A stretch of 63,994 bases of DNA, filler included, from Fonticula-like sp. SCN 57-25 (Eukaryota): NCBI GenBank assembly GCA_001724245.1. It is 4 parts of 4 records of this genome, joined end to end, with 100 filler letters (N's around TTAATTAATTAA, not from the genome) between each part and the next. Parts side by side here need not be neighbours in the genome. Positions count along the whole stretch, not along the records: positions 53,188 to 63,994 come from MEDX01000215.1; 3 more parts are not named here. The stretch is one strand, 5' to 3'. The notes below the pieces were generated by a model. That model did no database searches. It was not told the origin of the DNA and saw nothing but the letters and a program-made list of their open reading frames with translations. Below are positions 58,273-63,994 of the stretch, piece by piece (the first letter of the stretch is position 1; each line of letters opens with the position of its first letter). A program made the translations under genes and the position numbers.

Positions 58273-60929
58273 ATGAGCAAGGTGCGTCGATCAATGCGTT
58301 GCGCATCGATGGTTTCTAATTGACATGCCTTGATAGCCGAACAGCGGAAGCGAGAGCGCGCCGGGTGTGACTCACGGCAAGCCGCTGCTGCAGCAGACGG
58401 GAAGCCGCGGCAGCTCGCCGGCCCCGAAAGGCGTGGCGGATGATCCGCCCATTCCGACTGTCGATGACTCATTCTTCCATCATGAAGACTACGTTCTTCT
58501 CCACAAAAGTGCGTTCCATAATACGTATAATTATTAAGTATTGTTTTATGACTCTTTATGTGTTGTTTTTGTTATTGTTATTGTTCATCTTTTTGCAGTA
58601 GTCATGTTCATGATGCCATGGCACATTCATGACGCACTTTTTCTCTCTTCCTTCTCTCTTTCTTCTCTTTTTCTTCACTTTTCTTCTCTTTTTTCCTTCT
58701 TTTCCACTCTTTTTCGTCACTTTTTCTTTACTTTTCTTTACTTTTCTTCACTTTTTCCACTCTTTTCCTTCCCCTTCTCACTCCATCCCCATCCTTCCTC
58801 TAGATCGATTCTCGATCCCCCCCCCCCCCCCCCGCATCTCCCTCCTCTACCCCGACAACACCCTCGAGCGCTACCTGCTCGTCCCCCCCACCGACCCCCA
58901 CGAGCCCTTCCCCGCCGCCGATCTCGCCGCCACCCTCCGCGTCATCGCATCGTACGCGTTCGCATCCGATGATGCCATCGCGCGGGCGATGCCGGACAGG
59001 ATCGATCGGGCGATGGTGAAGGGGAATGTGAGGATGATTATGGATATCGTGGAGGAGTTTAATATCAAATTGGCAGAGAGACTTGGTCTTAAAGTACGTA
59101 AAGGAAGAGGAAAAGAAGGGAAAAAGAAGGGAAAAAGTGGGAAAAAGTGAAGAAAAGAGGGAAAAAGTAAAGAAAAAGAGGGAAAAAAAAAAGACATATA
59201 ATATGACATAATATGACATAATATGACATATATGATGACATATGATAGTGAATAGTGACTATATATTAGTATATTAGTATATTAGTCTATTAGTGTATTA
59301 GTTGATATTAGTTGATATTAGTTGATGTGTATTAGTTGATACTAACAGTGTGTATAGTATGACAAGAATGACAATGATAACGCCACTACGTCATCACCTA
59401 CGTCATCACCTACGTCATCAGTCCCTCCACTTAAGTTGTCCCAATCAGCACTGCATGACGTCATCTCGCATGCCTGGCGTCAGTCCTATGACCGCGTGGT
59501 CGTCCAGCCTGCCCTTCTCAACCAATACAAGTCATTTTCACGTGAAGTGTACGGCGAGACGCGACATGCGCTGCTGAGGAAAATATTTTCACGACTCGTA
59601 CGAGATGTCCCAACATCGGCATCGGCATCAGCAACATCAGATGCAGCATCAGGATCAGGATCGGCATCAGGATCAGCATCAGGATCTGGTGCAACATCAG
59701 GATCAGGATCTGCATCTGCATCAGGATCAGGATCAGGATCTGCAACATCATCGACATCGGCATCGGCATCGGCATCAGATGCAACATTGGCATCTGCATC
59801 TGCGTCAGGATCAGGATCAGGATCAGGATCTGATGCAACATCAGATTCTGCATCTGCATCTGCATCTGCATCTGGATCTGGATCATCTGCATCTGCATCA
59901 TGTGCATCATCTTCAAAGCGTACCCCTGATTCCACCCCTGCATCGTCTTCTTCCTCATCTTCATCTACTACTACTAAAAGTACTACTTTTCCTTCTTTCT
60001 CTTCTTCAACCCCAGATTCCACCCCTGTACTCACTTTTCCTCCTACCCCAGACTCCACCCCCAACACCACCCCAGACTCCACCCCAAACCGCCCAAAGCG
60101 CTTTATCGACCTCGGAAGCGGATTGGGCAATGTCGTCCTTTACGCCTCTTCCTATCTAAATCTCACCTCCTCAATAGGCATAGAAATGCTAGACACACCA
60201 TATACATATGCAACGCGACTATTGCCAGTATTAAAGCGCCGCATGGCCGCACTTGGCGCGCCAATCAAAACAGAGATAGAGTTACTTAAAGGGGACTTTA
60301 TGAATTCAGAACGGGTAGTTGAGGCGTTGAAGGATGTTGATGTTGTGTTTGTGAATAATTTTGTGTTTGATGAGGCGACGAATATTGGGCTTATGAATTT
60401 GTTTCTGGAATTGAAAGAGGGTGTCACTGTTGTCTCTTTCAAGCCTTTTGGTGACGAAAAAAGCAGTTTAAATAGTGGTAAAAGTGGTCGAGAAAGAGGA
60501 AACATCAACAAGGGCAAGGGCGAAAGCAAATTCAAATTGGGCAAATTCAAATTGGGCAAAAACGACGAAAATGAAAGCAAATTGGGCGCGATTGAGCACA
60601 AGATAAATTCACAGCGGGGCATATTCAGGGTCGAAAAATTCACTTATTATGGCGATGATGGCGTTTCGTGGACAACGTCTGAAATGAGTTATTATGTGCA
60701 GACTGTTGATAGGGGGAAATTGAGAGAGGCTGTGGAGAGAATTCAATTTGGGCAAGGTAAAGGAAAGGGAAAAAAGGAAGAAAAGGGGAAAAGGGAAGTA
60801 AAGAGAAGAAAAAAGGACTATTCTAGTAGTAGTAGTAGTAGTAGTTCATCATCTAGTAGTAGTAGTAGTAGTAGTAGTAGTGAGTTGAGTGATTCGAGTG
60901 AATTGAGCGAGTCATCTGACGAAGATTAG
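58273..60929 (+). CDS. DOT1: Histone H3K79 methyltransferase DOT1, multi-exon
   Basis: YDRVV..LNQYKSFSREVYGET, FIDLGSGLGNVV, GIEM, KGDF, VVFVNNFVF, VVSFKPF, GVSWT. Upstream exons (MSK/PNSG.., LLYPDNTLERYLL) inferred. Confidence 0.88.
59608..60090 (+). repeat. Low-complexity hexamer array (GCATCA/GGATCA/GCATCT) and TPDST repeats inside DOT1
   Basis: Read directly; encodes (SA/SG)n followed by TPDST x5 in the DOT1 frame. Confidence 0.9.
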
Positions 60930-61237
60930 TCAATATTGTATTGAATATTGATTAATATATCATCATTTAACATCATCTAATATGACACTTTCCCATCTAT
61001 TATGACACTTTTCTCTCTTTAATATCATACAATATGATATTGTATCATCTAATATGACACTTTTACCTCTATCTACCATTATGATACATTTCCCTCTATC
61101 ATCTAATATGACACTTTTCCCACTTTGAATTTTACTTTACTATCTCTTGTACTATATTATACATCTATCTACAATATATCTCATTATATAGTACTATATT
61201 AATACATCTATATACACTTTCATTATATACACTTACA

Positions 61238-63994
61238 CTAAATATAGTCACCCAATATGAATACCTTTCCACATACCTTTCTTGCCCTTATAACATCCCC
61301 ACTCATTACTATTTCCACCAGTCCACTTCCCCTTTCCTCTTTTCCCGCCACATCTCCCGCCACTCGCCTAGCCACAACAGAAATCGCCCTCGCATCAACA
61401 TACGACTGTCCACGTGACATGTTTGCAAGTGCAGCTGGCAGTGACTGTCTTGTGGGCAGTGCTGTGGAGAGAAGAGAGGAATGGCGGGAAGGGAATGCGG
61501 TGATGTAGAGGCACGTGACTGACCATGCTCGCATAGCAACAGATGTAATAGTAGGAGTGTTGCTAGTAATAGTAACATTACTAACATTACTATTTATGGA
61601 AGGTGCGTGAAGGGCGATAAAGTCAATAAGGTGTTGGAGGACGAGTTCGATTGGTGACATGTCAATAGTAGTTTCTAATGGTGTGTTTAGTAAAGACATA
61701 GAGTGGGCATAGAGTAGAGAGTGACCATATATCATCGTAATAGTGACAATATATCACTTATATAATATATCTACATATAAACAATATCACTCATCATAAT
61801 ATATCTACATATACAGCAATATCACTCATCTATCTGTTCACAGCAATATCACTTATCATCATCAATGATACTCGATAACATTCATCAGTAACACTCAATG
61901 ACACTCATCATCATACTTATCATACCCATGATCATACTGATTCTCATCATCAATATCAATATCAATAACACTCATCAATATCACTCTATAATACTCAGTA
62001 ACAATCAATAACAGTCAATATACACAGTCATCAATATACACTCACATCACTCATCATTCTTTCCCATTTCCTTCTATTCCCTTCTATTTCGTACCTTCTT
62101 TTCTCCCCTTCATAACAGCCTCTACAATCCCCACCACGTGGCCAAACACCCCCACTGCCCTCACATCACCCGCCCTGCCCCTCAAGACCTCTGCCATTCC
62201 CGCCATTCCCCCAATCACTATTGCAGGCTGAATTCCCGCCAATCGGATAAGCGCATTTACTGCAGAGTCAGCATTTGATGGTCGTGATAGGCGTCCAATC
62301 AGAATTGAGAGAGCACGTGGTGCTGATGCTATGGCCACGTGGACATTGAGTGGGACATTTAACGATGTAGAGAGGGCAGCGAGGTCGGCTAAGATGAGAT
62401 TGGTCACGTGAGTGGTCACGTGAGAATTGGCGGGAAGGGATGCGATGCGTGTGGCCACGTGGGTGAGGCATGTTGGGTTGAGTCGTATGATGGAGGATAG
62501 AAGGAGGGACGATCGCATATCATAGGAGGAGATGACGACATCAGCTAAGGCATCTAGTAGTTCAATTGATCTTGATAGTGTAACAGCACATGATGACGTA
62601 TGTGATGACGTAGTAGTAGTAGTAGTAGTAGTAGTAGAAGTAGTAGTAGTAGAGCGAGGATGACGTAACAGGGAAATGATGAGTGAAAGGCGAGTGTGTG
62701 GTGTCACGTGATCCATAGGGGGTGAAAGAAGGAGTGTGTCGTGTAATAGTAGTAATAGTCGGTGTGGGGAAGAGCATAGTAATAGGGATGAAAGATGTTC
62801 ATCAGATGTAGATGATGACGTGATGATTTGATTGGGTGTCTTGATTGATGTAGACAATTGATTGGATGATGGCATGGCGGGAATGCTCAATTGGGAAGAT
62901 TCAATTGGACGATCAATTCCAACAAACCAATCATTGTCCATATTGTCCATATTGACATCAGTGTCCAATTGAACCTTATTGTCCACTTTTCCCTCTTCTT
63001 TTCCCGCCAAAATATGACCAATTCTAACACGAACATTCTCCTCCAATCCAGACACGCCACTTAGTCTCTTTGCAGCGGCCACGTGGACTGAATATGGCAC
63101 ACCAGCCCTCATCAAAACTGCCTTTAATTGCGCCGCACTCGCTCGACCAATCACAGCGTCAATCGCCTTGCTTTTCCCGCCAATTTCTTGTCCTTTCCCG
63201 CCAATTGCAGAGCATAGACGCACAGCTTGATCAAGTGACAACCACGTGGCCCCATCTTCAAGCATCCTTCCCGCCACAATACCACCACGTGACGCAGCCA
63301 CTTCAACACTCAACGCACGGCCACGTGTACCATCATATTCACCATCATCATCACCATATTCACCATCATGATTTCCCGCCAAAAGTGACTGTATCTTGTC
63401 CAGTAATAATGGCTCAAGTGACCTTATAAGCATTGGCCTATTTGATAGGGCAGATATGAGCATAGTAGTATGCTTCATATTGCAGTTTGCAAGGCAGAAT
63501 GAAAGTGTAGATGACGTAATCAGAGTGTCTGTTTCGACACTTATGCTCTTGATTAGATAGGGAAGGGCGGTGAAAAGTGCGTCATTCGAGATGGAAAGTA
63601 GCCACGAATAGTCCAAAGGAGTCGAATGAGAAGTATAAGTGACGTCATCAGTGATGTCATGAGTGACGTCATCAGTCATATTGACGTCAATATTGTCATG
63701 TTTTCCTCCCTTTTCACCCTTTCCATGACCACCACATGACGCAATATCAGCCAATATTCTCCGACCAGCCCCCCTAATAAAACCCGAATTCGAACACGTC
63801 AACCCAAACAAATCACCGATAAAAATAGAATCCTTATTCACCCACGTGGCCTTCACCAGTCTATCAAGCACAGCAGCATCAACTTGACCACCCTTCAATA
63901 CATCTCTAACGGCCACGTGGAGAAGAACACTCGGCGGAACAACATCAAGCACAGTGGGTGTTGATATGATCACGTGATCTAACCACGTGGGTGC
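61238..63994 (-). CDS. Divergent Integrator subunit 1 (INTS1)-like protein, 5' end outside window
   Basis: SWLL..ALPYLIKSISVETD..SSTLSF and QPAIV..MAEVLRGR..FGHVVGIVEA resemble INTS1 segments as I recall them; long AT-rich intron ~61750-62090. Confidence 0.5.

Noticed and set aside
59486-60159. Overlapping DA/DP, MQ/IL and HQ/DQ repeat ORFs
   Set aside because: Alternative frames of the hexamer array in DOT1.

Overview
This is gene-dense eukaryotic genomic DNA, not prokaryotic. Genes are GC-rich with short GT-AG introns (mostly ~45-65 nt; donors GTACG/GTGCG; branch-like GCTGAC/CTAAC). Gene content suggests a unicellular opisthokont (inference only). The window is four unlinked contigs joined by artificial 100-nt N/TTAATTAATTAA linkers (19728-19827, 36415-36514, 53088-53187). 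I reconstructed about 33 protein-coding genes by hand: RAD5/HLTF-like helicase, paraoxonase, PH-RasGEF, DDAH, TFB5, DENN-RUN, a receptor pseudokinase, MAPK phosphatase, USP12/46, a stand-alone MICAL monooxygenase, a BAHD-type acyltransferase, BRPF-like, glutamine synthetase, a fumarate reductase-cytochrome b5 reductase fusion, WDR48, SAM synthetase, COA3, PPIL4, NDUFS8, EXOSC8, POLR1D, DOT1, INTS1-like and others. No rRNA, tRNA, CRISPR or intact transposon was recognised. The most unusual signals are: (i) a frame-independent pile-up of CACGTG/TGACGT motifs inside the compositionally aberrant INTS1-like coding region; (ii) an exon-centred C/T-to-G/A skew in AT-rich zones; (iii) a WD40 gene built one repeat per exon; (iv) the FRD-b5R fusion; (v) a tandem-HRM/FN3 receptor pseudokinase; (vi) a MICAL oxidase domain with no CH/LIM domains. 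Coordinates of spliced genes are manual, and no database searches were run.
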